DNA of 64,000 bases from a virus, in the IMG/VR virus record IMGVR_UViG_3300008952_000005, positions 32,001 through 96,000 of that record; one strand, written 5' to 3'. The position numbers were made by a program, and so were the translations under genes. This document shows, piece by piece, positions 1 through 11,000 of this stretch; the first letter of the stretch is position 1; the number at the start of each line of letters is the position of its first letter. The notes under the pieces were generated by a model, which had not been told where the DNA came from, did not search any database, and saw nothing but the letters and a program-made list of their open reading frames with translations.

Positions 1-72
1 GAAATAATATCAAAAGCAAAACTAGTACATTTAATAAACAAAAGATTTGACGAACTATGGGAGGTAATATAA
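1..72 (+). CDS. 3' end of a truncated upstream CDS
   Basis: Open frame EIISKAKLVHLINKRFDELWEVI* from the window edge; the stop overlaps the next ATG. Confidence 0.5.
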   Translation, partial: EIISKAKLVHLINKRFDELWEVI

Positions 73-1214
73 TGTGGAAATTTCCTATTGACATAATGCT
101 AGATGTAACTACTCGTTGCAATGCTGGTTGTCCTCAATGTCATAGAACCGATCCAATGGGTTTAAAAAAAGCTAGTTGGTTACCAGATATTAGTTGGACT
201 TTAGAAGAATTTAAACAAGCTCTTCCTGAAAAATTATGTAAACACATTTATAATTATGATTTCTGTGGAACCTGGGGTGATTGTTTAACCAATCCAGATA
301 TATTACCTATGGTAAAATATATTAAAGAAAATGCCCATCCCGAAGTTTCTATTTGCATTAATACAAATGGTTCATTGAGAAATGAGGAGTTTTGGTGGGA
401 TTTAGGTGTAGCAGGTGGTAAAAACCTACAAGTTGTTTTTTGTGTTGAAGGTACAAACCAAGAAATGCACCAAAATTATAGACAATTTACTTTCTTGAAA
501 AAAATATTTGACAATATGGATACACTTGCACTTACGAAAGCAGTAATAAGAACACAAACTTTAGTGTGGAAACATAATGAAAAACATTTACCTGAAATTG
601 AAAAAATGTGTATGGATCACGGTTCAATAAGACACCATTTTGTTGCAACTGATAGATGGCACGAAGGAGATAATTTAAAATTTTCTATTAAAGGTAAACC
701 AGGAATTTTAGAAGCAACCTCACCAGATTGGCAAAAAGTTTTTAGACAAACACACCAAGAACTTTCCAATACACAAGCAAGAAGTGAACTTGATAATAGA
801 CCAAACTATACCAGAATAGATAGAAGAAGATTTACAACACAAAAGATTAAAGTAGGTGTAGGTGAACATAAATTAATGAAAAAATTAGAACAAAAAGCAA
901 AAACTTGCCCGATTAACTGTGAATGGGGAGTTAGAAACAAAGTTGTAATTAATCCAGATGGTCAAGTTTTACCTTGTTGTTATTTCTGTAATCCTCATTA
1001 CTATCATAAAAACGACCCAAAAATGAGAAAACGATTTATAGAACATCCAATTATGCAAGAATATCAAAAACACCAAAAAGAACTTAATGTATTTTCTGCT
1101 AATTTAATGGATATAATTTCTCACCAATGGTTTCAAAAAACATTACCAGATAGTTGGAACACACCTAATCCAGTATCTCAATGTTCCAAATATTGTCAGA
1201 ACTATAAATTATAA
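72..1214 (+). CDS. Radical SAM protein with C-terminal SPASM/twitch-like domain
   Basis: CNAGCPQC (CxxxCxxC), GTWGD motif, C-terminal INPDGQVLPCCY...CSKYC. Start moved from 57 to ATG 72 because of the GGAGG SD. Confidence 0.85.
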   Translation: MWKFPIDIMLDVTTRCNAGCPQCHRTDPMGLKKASWLPDISWTLEEFKQALPEKLCKHIYNYDFCGTWGDCLTNPDILPMVKYIKENAHPEVSICINTNGSLRNEEFWWDLGVAGGKNLQVVFCVEGTNQEMHQNYRQFTFLKKIFDNMDTLALTKAVIRTQTLVWKHNEKHLPEIEKMCMDHGSIRHHFVATDRWHEGDNLKFSIKGKPGILEATSPDWQKVFRQTHQELSNTQARSELDNRPNYTRIDRRRFTTQKIKVGVGEHKLMKKLEQKAKTCPINCEWGVRNKVVINPDGQVLPCCYFCNPHYYHKNDPKMRKRFIEHPIMQEYQKHQKELNVFSANLMDIISHQWFQKTLPDSWNTPNPVSQCSKYCQNYKL

Positions 1215-2392
1215 TGTTTGAATCTGAAATAAAAAAATTCTATGAAGATAATAAGGCATATTGCACTATGCCCTTTAAAGAAATTTATTCGGATAGTGCT
1301 GGTCGTTATAGACTTTGCTGCCACGCAAAACAATATATACCTATAAACAAATATAATGTTAATAACACTACACCATTTAAATTTTTTAAATCTCCTGAAA
1401 TGGAAGAGTTAAGAAATAAAATGTTAGCAGGTAAACAAGTGGATGCTTGTAGAGTATGTTATAAATTAGAAGAAACAAGTGGCGAATCATATAGAAATGG
1501 AGTAGGGTCAGAAACATTTAGTAAAAATTTAGGAATACTTTTAGAACCTAATAGAGTAGGAATAAAATTAAGAGTACATAGCACCTATTGTAATTTGAGT
1601 TGTTATATGTGTCATCCTTTTAATTCATCTACTAGAAGAAATGAAGTGAAAGAAATTTATGGTCCAAATGCTTTATCAGGTATCGCTGGTGCCACTATGG
1701 GTTGGGCAAATGAATCATTTAAAAGTGTAAATCATAAAGAATGGAATGATATTAAAAAAGATATTTTAGATAATGCTGATTTATTAGGTTATATGAATAT
1801 GACTGGCGGGGAACCTTTACAATTACCAAAACAATGGGAACTTTTAGATGAAATACCAAAAGAACACGCAAAACATATCACTTTATATTTTAATACCAAC
1901 TTAACAGAATTAAGATGGAAAAAGTGGAATATATTTGATTATGTTGATAAATTTGAAAAAATAGAATTTGGAGTATCGTGTGACCACTATGGAAGAAAAT
2001 TAGATTGGATGAGATATCCTATTGATAGAGTAAAATTTGAATCTAATTTAAAAGAGGCAAAAGATTTAATAAAAGAAATAAATTTGACCTCTTCAATATT
2101 AAACATTTTTGATTTAATTGAAATTAGAAATTACTATAGGGACAACTTTGGCATACCTATGACATTTCAAAATATAGTTAGAGGACCTTTTATGTTATCA
2201 ATAAGAAATCTAAAACAAAAAGATAAAGATATATTATTAAAAAAATATGAAAAACTACCTGACTATAGTTATATAAAATCAGAATTATTATTAAAACCTT
2301 TTGATCCTAACCATAAAGAAATGAAAAAATATTGTGATGACTTATCTAAACATAGAAACTTTAACTGGCGTGAACTTTGGAATGAATTTTAA
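1214..2392 (+). CDS. Radical SAM protein with N-terminal twitch domain
   Basis: N-terminal CTMPF...RLCC...CRVC, then CNLSCYMC and TGGEP. Confidence 0.85.
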   Translation: MFESEIKKFYEDNKAYCTMPFKEIYSDSAGRYRLCCHAKQYIPINKYNVNNTTPFKFFKSPEMEELRNKMLAGKQVDACRVCYKLEETSGESYRNGVGSETFSKNLGILLEPNRVGIKLRVHSTYCNLSCYMCHPFNSSTRRNEVKEIYGPNALSGIAGATMGWANESFKSVNHKEWNDIKKDILDNADLLGYMNMTGGEPLQLPKQWELLDEIPKEHAKHITLYFNTNLTELRWKKWNIFDYVDKFEKIEFGVSCDHYGRKLDWMRYPIDRVKFESNLKEAKDLIKEINLTSSILNIFDLIEIRNYYRDNFGIPMTFQNIVRGPFMLSIRNLKQKDKDILLKKYEKLPDYSYIKSELLLKPFDPNHKEMKKYCDDLSKHRNFNWRELWNEF

Positions 2393-3050
2393 AGATAGAA
2401 ATATTAACATTGATTTAACCTTTAGATGTCCTTTAGAATGTCCAAAATGTTTGCGACAAGCTATTAGAGATATAGGATTTAAAATACCAGGTCAAGATAT
2501 GCCATTAGATGACCTTAAAAAAATGGCAAATTACTTTAAAGGATTAATTTTTTGTGGTCAAATTTCTGACCCTATATTTCATCCAAAATTTATAGAAATA
2601 TTAAAGTATTGTTCAGACAATAATATACCGACAATAATTAATACCGCTGCTTCACAAAGACCTATGAAGTGGTATAAAAAAGCATTTGAAGCACACCCTA
2701 AAGCAGAATGGTTATTTGGTATAGATGGTTTACCTGAAGATAGCCATAAGTATAGAATACACCAAGATGGCAAACATCTTTTTGAAATGATGAAATTATG
2801 TGCTAAAATGGGTCTTACTTCTCGTTGGCAATATATTGTTTTTAATTACAATGAAAATGATATAGAAACTTGTAGCAAAATGGCAAGAGATAATGGTATT
2901 CTATTTGATGTAATTTATTCAGGTCGTTGGAGTACAAGAGATAAGTATAAACCTAAACATCCAAATCTATATTTAAATAGTAAACAAAATTCATTGAACA
3001 AGTTTTTCCCAAAAAAATTTAGTAAAGGATTGAAAGAAATAGAATGGTAA
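2382..3050 (+). CDS. Radical SAM protein (core only)
   Basis: CPLECPKC, GQISDP, FGIDG; likely start ATG 2382 overlapping the upstream stop. Confidence 0.85.
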   Translation: MNFKDRNINIDLTFRCPLECPKCLRQAIRDIGFKIPGQDMPLDDLKKMANYFKGLIFCGQISDPIFHPKFIEILKYCSDNNIPTIINTAASQRPMKWYKKAFEAHPKAEWLFGIDGLPEDSHKYRIHQDGKHLFEMMKLCAKMGLTSRWQYIVFNYNENDIETCSKMARDNGILFDVIYSGRWSTRDKYKPKHPNLYLNSKQNSLNKFFPKKFSKGLKEIEW

Positions 3051-4135
3051 AAATTTATCCAAAATGTCTGCATAAAAAAGAACTTTCTTATACAGCAACT
3101 GGTTATTTACTGCCGTGTTGCTGGTTAGATAATCCTATAGGGTGGCAAGAACCTCAAATAAAAAGATTAATGCAAAAACATTTATTACTTAAAAACAATG
3201 AAAAGGTAGAAGATATTATTAATAGTAAAGAATGGAAAGAATATTTTGAAGAATTAAAAACTAATCCATCATTAACTTGTCAAAAATATTGTAGTGTACC
3301 TTTACATCAAGCAATAAACAAAGCAAGAGAAAAATATAACAGAAATTATTATGAACATCAAGATTATAAATCAAATGTTAAAGACCAAAAAATAAAAATA
3401 TGTTGTGTTTATTTTAAAGGAAAATATTCACCTGATTATGTTGCAAAACTTTATAATGGATTAAAAACATACTGTACACTACCATTTGAGTTTATATGTT
3501 ATAGTGATAATCCAAATGTCAAAGCAGATGTAGTAATACCTTTAAAACCTCATAGTGATATAAAATATCATTGGCACAAACTAACTTTCTTCTCACCTCT
3601 ATTTGCATATCAAAAACCAGGTGATGAAATTATTATTATGGATATAGACCAAATTATTACAGGCAATGTAGATGATATGATTGGATGGCCTGTAGCAGAC
3701 AATGAAATAATAACTTACAATAAATGGTGGGGTAAAAGACAAACACCAAAAATTCAAGGAGGTTTTATAAAATTTAAATCAGGAACAGGTACCGTTATAT
3801 GGGATAGTTTTATAAAAGCTGTAGAGTATTGGCAACTATTTTATTATAATAATAATATAGTACATTACAAATATTTTGGTGAACAAAATTTTATCAAAGA
3901 TAGAGCCAATAAAAATAATATAACCATAACATTAATGAATCCAGAATGGGTAGGAGTATATGGTTCAGATAAAAAACAAAATGATATAAACCATAGAAGA
4001 TATATAGAAGATGGTTTTGGAGATTATATGATATTAGATAAACCAAATCCAAAAATAAAGATTGTACATTTTGCTAACCCTCTAACAACTATACATCATT
4101 GTAAAGATGATTGGATAAAGGACTATTGGAAATGA
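3044..4135 (+). CDS. SPASM-like domain fused to a glycosyltransferase-like (GT-A, DxD) domain
   Basis: N-terminal KCLHKKELSYTATGYLLPCCWLD...CQKYC; C-terminal ICCVYFKGKYSPDYV...MDID...IVHF. Confidence 0.7.
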   Translation: MVKIYPKCLHKKELSYTATGYLLPCCWLDNPIGWQEPQIKRLMQKHLLLKNNEKVEDIINSKEWKEYFEELKTNPSLTCQKYCSVPLHQAINKAREKYNRNYYEHQDYKSNVKDQKIKICCVYFKGKYSPDYVAKLYNGLKTYCTLPFEFICYSDNPNVKADVVIPLKPHSDIKYHWHKLTFFSPLFAYQKPGDEIIIMDIDQIITGNVDDMIGWPVADNEIITYNKWWGKRQTPKIQGGFIKFKSGTGTVIWDSFIKAVEYWQLFYYNNNIVHYKYFGEQNFIKDRANKNNITITLMNPEWVGVYGSDKKQNDINHRRYIEDGFGDYMILDKPNPKIKIVHFANPLTTIHHCKDDWIKDYWK

Positions 4136-4698
4136 GAATAATTTGTGTAAATACAGGAGATAAGTTTGGTACTTGGTATGTTAAGAATTTAAAACATATG
4201 ATTGATACTTACTCTGGTTTAAAGTATGATGAATTTGTTGTTATATCTTCTGAAAATTACAAAGGTGTTTTTAATAAACTCCAAATGTTTGACATCTATA
4301 GAGATGGAGAAAACTTATATTTTGATTTAGATATTTGTATCTATGGTAAAGTACCTAATTTAATTAGAAAAGACCCAACAGTTTTACACGCTTGGTGGAG
4401 AGATAGAGACCATACAACATTTAATTCATCTATTATATCTTGGACTGGCGACCAATCTTACATCTATAATACATTTAAAAAAGACCCTAAAATGTGGCAA
4501 GAAAAATATAACAAAGGTATTGATGAAATGTTAGAAAAAGAAAAATTGGTTGTTAACACTTATGATAAAGTTTGTTATTCTGTAAAAGGTAATGAATACA
4601 AACCTAAAGATGATAATTATAGTATTATGTTATTTAATCAAAGTCAATATTTAATGGAACAAGGTTGGACTGGTTGGTGGACTAATTACTTTATTTAA
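4132..4698 (+). CDS. Glycosyltransferase-like protein (GT-A fold, DxD)
   Basis: IICVNTGDKF..YV..L, KLQMF, YFDLD, FNSSI; paralogous to the C-terminal domain of the previous ORF. Confidence 0.65.
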   Translation: MRIICVNTGDKFGTWYVKNLKHMIDTYSGLKYDEFVVISSENYKGVFNKLQMFDIYRDGENLYFDLDICIYGKVPNLIRKDPTVLHAWWRDRDHTTFNSSIISWTGDQSYIYNTFKKDPKMWQEKYNKGIDEMLEKEKLVVNTYDKVCYSVKGNEYKPKDDNYSIMLFNQSQYLMEQGWTGWWTNYFI

Positions 4699-5228
4699 TT
4701 ATATAAATCATCACCAGCAAATGGTCTTACCAATTCATCTCTAATTTTAAGATATTCTCTAAAAGCAGCTATAGGTGTTTTTGCTCTTCTAATATTACTC
4801 TTTGCTTTTTCATTTTTAGAATGTTTAACTTCTTCTAATTCAAATAAAAATAATTTAAAATTAAATAAACGGTCTATATGTTCCTTTTTAGAACTTAAAA
4901 GAAAATCAAACAATGCATTAAAAAAAACTTCTGATTGAGATTTATTAGTAATTTGTAATACCTTTTTAAAGAGACCCTTCTTTTCTGCTATTTTTATAAT
5001 TTGTTCCTCAAAAGCTTTTGTTTCTTCCTTTTTCTTTTGCCAAGTATTTTCGTGAAGTTGGTCTAAAGGACAAACCTTTAATAATTCTTGACAAGTTGGA
5101 TCATCTGTACTGTATTCAACTATATGAGAAATAACTTTTTCATTTTTTTCATCTCTTAATAAAATCTCAATATTTTTTCTTTCATTATCTATAAAGTTTG
5201 CTGTAATAAAATTTTCTTTTGTTATCAT
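4695..5228 (-). CDS. Hypothetical protein
   Basis: 177-aa ORF coupled to the epimerase gene. Confidence 0.7.
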   Translation of the reverse strand: MITKENFITANFIDNERKNIEILLRDEKNEKVISHIVEYSTDDPTCQELLKVCPLDQLHENTWQKKKEETKAFEEQIIKIAEKKGLFKKVLQITNKSQSEVFFNALFDFLLSSKKEHIDRLFNFKLFLFELEEVKHSKNEKAKSNIRRAKTPIAAFREYLKIRDELVRPFAGDDLYN

Positions 5229-5980
5229 TAATTCGTTCTCCTATTTTCTTCTATATATTTTTTTACTTCATATTGAGGTTCCCAACCATAACTTGTCATT
5301 GCTTCTATATTCGCTTTGTTGTCAAGTCTTTCAGTATCACCACCAACTCTTTTTTCAGGAGTAATTCCAAAGTAGTCCATCATATCAGTTAACTTATTTG
5401 TAATACCTGTTCCTATATCTATTGCACCTGTCTTTTCAGGAAATGCTGTAATTGATTTTTGTCTTAATATAGATTCAATCGCTGAACAAATATCATACAC
5501 GTGTATAAAATCTCTACTATGATTTGTATTAATATATGGCACATCATTTTTTAAAATTTTTGGTATCAACATAGTATCTCTTGCACCAGGTCCATATACA
5601 GTAGTAAATCTCATACCTAAACTATTTGCAGGAGCAATTTGTTCCATACTATACTTACTCATTGCATAAGGATTTCTCCAGGGTTCATATGCAGTACTTG
5701 AACTTGCATACAAAATTCTTGTATCTTTAAAATAGTCAAATATTCTTTGACTTACGATAACGTTTTGTTTCCAATAGTCTGTAGGATTTTCAAAACTTTG
5801 TCTGACACCAGATAGACCTGCCAGATGTACAACACAATCAACATCATATTTTAAATCACAGGTAAGTAATTCTTTACCTGTATTACGGTCTAAACCAATT
5901 ACATCAAAATGTTTTTCTGATAACCATACTGAAAGATTTTTACCAATAAATCCATCACTACCAGTTAATAATATTTTCAT
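5228..5980 (-). CDS. NAD-dependent sugar epimerase/dehydratase (extended SDR)
   Basis: ILLTGSDGFIG, VVHLAG, YASSS, YAMSK (YxxxK), RFTTVYGP. Confidence 0.9.
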   Translation of the reverse strand: MKILLTGSDGFIGKNLSVWLSEKHFDVIGLDRNTGKELLTCDLKYDVDCVVHLAGLSGVRQSFENPTDYWKQNVIVSQRIFDYFKDTRILYASSSTAYEPWRNPYAMSKYSMEQIAPANSLGMRFTTVYGPGARDTMLIPKILKNDVPYINTNHSRDFIHVYDICSAIESILRQKSITAFPEKTGAIDIGTGITNKLTDMMDYFGITPEKRVGGDTERLDNKANIEAMTSYGWEPQYEVKKYIEENRRTN

Positions 5981-5995
5981 AATAAAATCTCATTT

Positions 5996-6925
5996 CTAAC
6001 TCTTATTTATCTTCAAATACCAAGTGTTTGCTGCTGACGCTGTTCCATCTGGAAATTCTTGCGCTCTATAATCATCTGCACCCGCTTGATAAGTTTGATA
6101 ATCTCCTGTACCATTTAATATTGTATCTGCCATACCAGAACCTCTATTTAATCCTGTTGTATAACTGTAAGTTATTTTATAACCATCTACTGAAGCAGCG
6201 GCAGTATATTTAATATGACTTGCTAATAAAGTTTCAAAAGCAACTTCTGTATATTCTTGTAAATCATTTCCACCAGTTATATAAACTGGACTTTTTGTTA
6301 TAGTAGTATCAACACCATCTACTCTATGCAAATAATAATTTTGAATTGTTGTAGGTTGGTCTAACGCTTCAGGAATATTACCTGCTGTATAAGCAGTTGT
6401 ATCTGCTTGAGTATTTACAAAAATTGCTGTTGCGTCAACTAAAGTAGAACCTGCAACACTATTTGAACCATTAATATGATATGTTCCAGCTTGTTCGCTT
6501 GTTGTAGTCGCCGCTGTCAATAAATCAATAGCAGGATGTATAAATGTATCTTTAACATCTTGCAACGTCATTGCTTGAATATCATTACCTGCTGTTCTAT
6601 AGACAGGCCAAGTTTTTCCTGAATCAGTTGGAGCTGAACCAGAGGTTACAGTTTGCTCTATTTTATCGTAAGTAATAGTTACCGTTGTAGGTTCTGCTGT
6701 TGTTGCTTCAGATGGAAAAGCTGAAGCGTGAGTTGACATAGCACCCGCTTGTTGTCTTGTATCTGTTATTGATCCAACATTACCACCAGAACCTACTACT
6801 GATAATGCAACAGATGGTGTTTGTGAATATTGATAAATTGCTTGTGCTATTATTTGGTCTACTTCGGCAGAAGACATCTCTTTTAAATAACCGCCGCTAT
6901 AGTATAAAGGAGCTCGTATAGCCAT
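5996..6925 (-). CDS. Putative virion structural protein
   Basis: Thr/Ala/Gly-rich 309 aa at the end of the tail operon. Confidence 0.5.
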   Translation of the reverse strand: MAIRAPLYYSGGYLKEMSSAEVDQIIAQAIYQYSQTPSVALSVVGSGGNVGSITDTRQQAGAMSTHASAFPSEATTAEPTTVTITYDKIEQTVTSGSAPTDSGKTWPVYRTAGNDIQAMTLQDVKDTFIHPAIDLLTAATTTSEQAGTYHINGSNSVAGSTLVDATAIFVNTQADTTAYTAGNIPEALDQPTTIQNYYLHRVDGVDTTITKSPVYITGGNDLQEYTEVAFETLLASHIKYTAAASVDGYKITYSYTTGLNRGSGMADTILNGTGDYQTYQAGADDYRAQEFPDGTASAANTWYLKINKS

Positions 6926-6936
6926 AATTAAATCTC

Positions 6937-7869
6937 CTATGTAGCACTACCAACAATCGTCTTTTGCGCTACTCCCGCTGAGTTGTATATTATTAAAGTT
7001 GATGAAGCTGTAAAGATATCACCTGTTGCATATGCTGTTGAAGTATCTAAAATTGCAGTTCCAGTTAAATCAGGTAATGTTACTATTCTTTCTGCTGTAG
7101 GGTCTGTAGGTCTTATATATGTTTTAAATGCGTCATTTGTTGCACCTTCAAAATAAATACCTAAATTGCTATTTGCACCTGTTAAGTAAATAGCCCCACT
7201 TGTTGTTATATTATTTGTTGATATATGACTATTACCAAAACTAACACTATCTCCTGTGCGAGCAGACATAGTATTTGTTCTTAATGTTCCTTCAACTTGA
7301 ACATCATCATCAAAATGAATTACAGTAGAATCTGTAGATGAAATTGTATTACCAACTATTAAAATTGTTCCTAATGTACTCGTCCCACCTGTAGTTGTAA
7401 TACTCGGCGCTGTCAGAAGATTTGCTTGTATGTCACCAGTTGTTGTTAAATTTTCATTACCAAAATCTATAGTACCACTTGAATCTGTAATAGAACCATT
7501 TGTTAAAGTTAAATTTCCTGCAACTACAATTGGAGATGTTAATTGAGTTGTAATAGTTACACTATTAGTCAATCCAATTGTTAAAGTATCTGGAACAGTT
7601 ACAACAGCAGTTGTTTGGTTTGAAACACCTTTAAATATAGCAGTTTGACCTGCACCAACTTGCTGTATAGTTGAAGAAGAATCTTCCATCTTCCAACCTT
7701 CAGCGGCACCTACTTGAGCAGACAATTCATTTACAGCACCTATAACACTTGTTGCCGCCAATGAAGAGTCTAACGTTCCTATATCGCCAAAGTCATCTGC
7801 CGCTAACGCATTAAATTGCGTTCTAAACGTTTCTAGTGTATCTGTTATTGCTATATTTCTTACAGCCAT
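6937..7869 (-). CDS. Putative tail fibre / short fibre protein
   Basis: N-terminal TDTLETFR..FN fibre-type start; Thr/Gly-rich beta repeats. Confidence 0.55.
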   Translation of the reverse strand: MAVRNIAITDTLETFRTQFNALAADDFGDIGTLDSSLAATSVIGAVNELSAQVGAAEGWKMEDSSSTIQQVGAGQTAIFKGVSNQTTAVVTVPDTLTIGLTNSVTITTQLTSPIVVAGNLTLTNGSITDSSGTIDFGNENLTTTGDIQANLLTAPSITTTGGTSTLGTILIVGNTISSTDSTVIHFDDDVQVEGTLRTNTMSARTGDSVSFGNSHISTNNITTSGAIYLTGANSNLGIYFEGATNDAFKTYIRPTDPTAERIVTLPDLTGTAILDTSTAYATGDIFTASSTLIIYNSAGVAQKTIVGSAT

Positions 7870-7870
7870 T

Positions 7871-8092
7871 TTATTTTATAACCTTCTTAATTAAATCTTT
7901 TATTTCTCTTAATTCTTTCTTTAAATTATTTATCTCGGAACACATACCTCTTAATTGGTCTGCATTCTCTTCTCTTTGTTTTATTCTTTTCATATAGATA
8001 GCATATTCATTACTTGTTCTAACTATCGCATTAGTATTAATATCTCTAACTAAATTTGAGTGTCCTTCAACTTTCAATACTCCGTTTGCCAT
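7871..8092 (-). CDS. Small conserved coiled-coil protein of T4-like tail region
   Basis: KVEGHSNLVRD..TNAI start, coiled-coil C-terminus, position after the VrlC-like gene. Confidence 0.65.
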   Translation of the reverse strand: MANGVLKVEGHSNLVRDINTNAIVRTSNEYAIYMKRIKQREENADQLRGMCSEINNLKKELREIKDLIKKVIK

Positions 8093-8096
8093 TTTA

Positions 8097-11000
8097 TTAT
8101 ATTGCTAATGCAATTCCTCTCATATCTTTACAGATTGGTGGATAAGATGATATAGACCCTTTCATTACAATTTTAATTTGAAATGAAGTGAAATCATTTA
8201 ATCCGCTTGCTGTATATTTGTATTCTCTAAATGTACTATCGTCTTCTGCAGGAGGAATTGAAATATCTTCGCTACCATCTGAATTAAATGGCAACCAATT
8301 TATATCTTCAATTTTTCTAGTTTCAGAACCACCAGATGTTCTGTAATAAAGTCTAATTAATGAACTTGAACGAACATTTGCTGATAGTCTTATATCAAGA
8401 GAAGTAGAATTATTTTCTATAACAATAGGTCTAGTTAAGTACACACCTGCTGTTGAACTTCCAGTTGGAGCAGTATCAGCAACAAAGTCTGGTGTATTAC
8501 CAGATGTTGGATTATTTAATCTATTTTGTATTGTGTATGCACTAATTCTTTGTAAATCTATAAGTGGTGATAGTTTAGTACTTGTACTTGTCATTTCTAC
8601 ATTTACATACAAAGATTTTAAACCGTTCATTTCATTTGTTTCATTTATTTGACTTGCAACCATTTTAGGTGAAGTACAATAGATATTATCATTTGCAATT
8701 ATAGACCCAGCGTTTGCAACTGCAACTGTACTAAATTCTGCTTCTGAACCGTGTATTGATTGTCCAGTAGTAGGTCTTAATTTATAAGATATACTCGTAC
8801 CTGGTAAACTCATTGTTGATAAGTTTAAATTCATAACATCATACAATCTATTTTGTGTTGCATAAACAGCATTACTTCCAATATCTCCGTTTGTAGTTGC
8901 GGTTGTTGAACCTGGTATTTGTATATCATAACTATCTAAAGTTATGTTTGATATACTTGTATATGTTCCATTAATTGAACTATGCGCTAATCCGTTGTAT
9001 GTTCCTGAAGGAACTCCAGATATAGTTACATTGTTTGATGTACTATGCATTCCGTGATTTGGATGATAAACTCTAACTACATCTGAACCTTGCGTTGTTC
9101 TAATAGGATTGTTTTTAAGTTTTCTTGCTGGTAATTCGTCATTGCAAAGTGTAACTCTACCAACAGCGTCTGCAAATTCTGCTCTCTTTAATGTAAATTT
9201 AATATCTTCGTTTTGTTCAGCAGTCCAAGTTGAACCATTTTGAGATTTAAACATAACACCAGCATATGGTTGTTGTGATATTGTTCTATCAGAACCTAAT
9301 ACTGTTTCACCTAATCTTCCAACATAAGCATTATACTCATTTGAGTTTGCAAGTACAACAAAACAATACTCAACATTTTCTTGTACATATACAGGACCTG
9401 AAAAAGTAAATGTAGTTGCTACTGTTCCATCAGCACTTGTATTAACTGAACCTGGATTTATTGTTGTTTCACTAAATGGTAATATTGTTGATCCTGGATA
9501 TCCATTTACAACTTCTCTTATTTGAACTGTAATTGGAATATTACTATCTTTAGTACCGAAAAATAAATCAACAGAAGTTAAGAATACACCACCAACATCA
9601 TCAATCATAAATGTTTGTGCTAATGGGTCAACCCAACCAACCGTTCTTTCACTTCGTCTTGTAGATGTTCTTGTAATACTTCTGTTTTCAGTTGTAGCCT
9701 GTCTTTCAAGTCTAGGTTCTCTTGTTGATATAATTGTATTCTGTACAGTTTCTAAAATTCCTCTTGCGACATAATCTGCTTCTCCTGAAGTTTCTACATC
9801 TGTACTTGTATCATTTGTAACTGAACTTGTTAATCTGAATACTCTTTGACCAGTACGCCATCTTGGATTTGAATTATTAGTTGGATCAGGAATTGCAAAA
9901 GTACCTGAACACGCACCATTGGCGTCGGTTACAATATTGCCTCCTAATGAACCGCCAGTTGGTGTACAATAAGTTGCTATTGCAATATTATCAAAGTAAG
10001 GATAAACTCTTGTATTTGGTTTCATCCTTGTTCCACTAAATGATATTGTTCTACTTCTAACAAATGGTACAAAAGCAACATTAACAATTCTATCGCCTAT
10101 TGAATTTCTTACTACTTGAGGAACTAATCTTTGTCTTAATCCTGTTCTTGTTTGTTGAACATTTTGAGCAGTTTCTATTTCATCAACAGCAAATACTCTT
10201 CTTCCTGCTCTTCCGCCACCAACTTGTCTACTTGCGACATCTCTAGTTGAACCAGACCAAAAATCTTGCCAATCATTCCATATTGTTCCTATTTCAACAC
10301 CTTGTAAACCATTGTTTGGAATTCCAGAAACTAACGTATCAAAACCACCAACATTGTTTATAACTAATTCTGGTCTTCGTTCTGTTTCTTTCCACTCATC
10401 ACTTGGTGGAGTTAATTCTATTGCACCTGACCAAGTAAAGACATCAAATGGATTAACATTGACACTCTTACTTGCGAAAGGTTGTGTTATTAAAGCAGTT
10501 TCAGTATAAGGTAATGTTAAACAATCTCCAGTTTTTTGATATGTTCCATCCGTTCTATCTGTTGCTAAAATAGCAGTACCATCATCATCTGCTTCTATTA
10601 ATTGTACTGCGTCCTCATTGAACATAGGTCTTAATTGACCTCTTGCCATATCAATAGATGATTTGTAATCTATATTTCCTACATCACCTATATTGTGACC
10701 ACTAAAGTTGTCTACTATAATTCCGTTTTTAAATCTATCAAAACCATTTGCGTCTTGTATTTGTAAATTTTGTGCTTGTGTTTCTAACAATGATAATTGA
10801 GTATAATATTCCATATTCTCAATTCTAGTTTCTAAATAACCAATATCTCTCATTGTATATCTTCTATTATCAACTGCTTTAACAGTAATATCATCTAAAG
10901 ATAAAACGTAAGATGGCATTTCTAAAGTATATAATAGCATTGCGCCATCTAAAGATTTTGGAACTTGAGGAACCAATGCACTTGCACCTTTAGAAACTTT

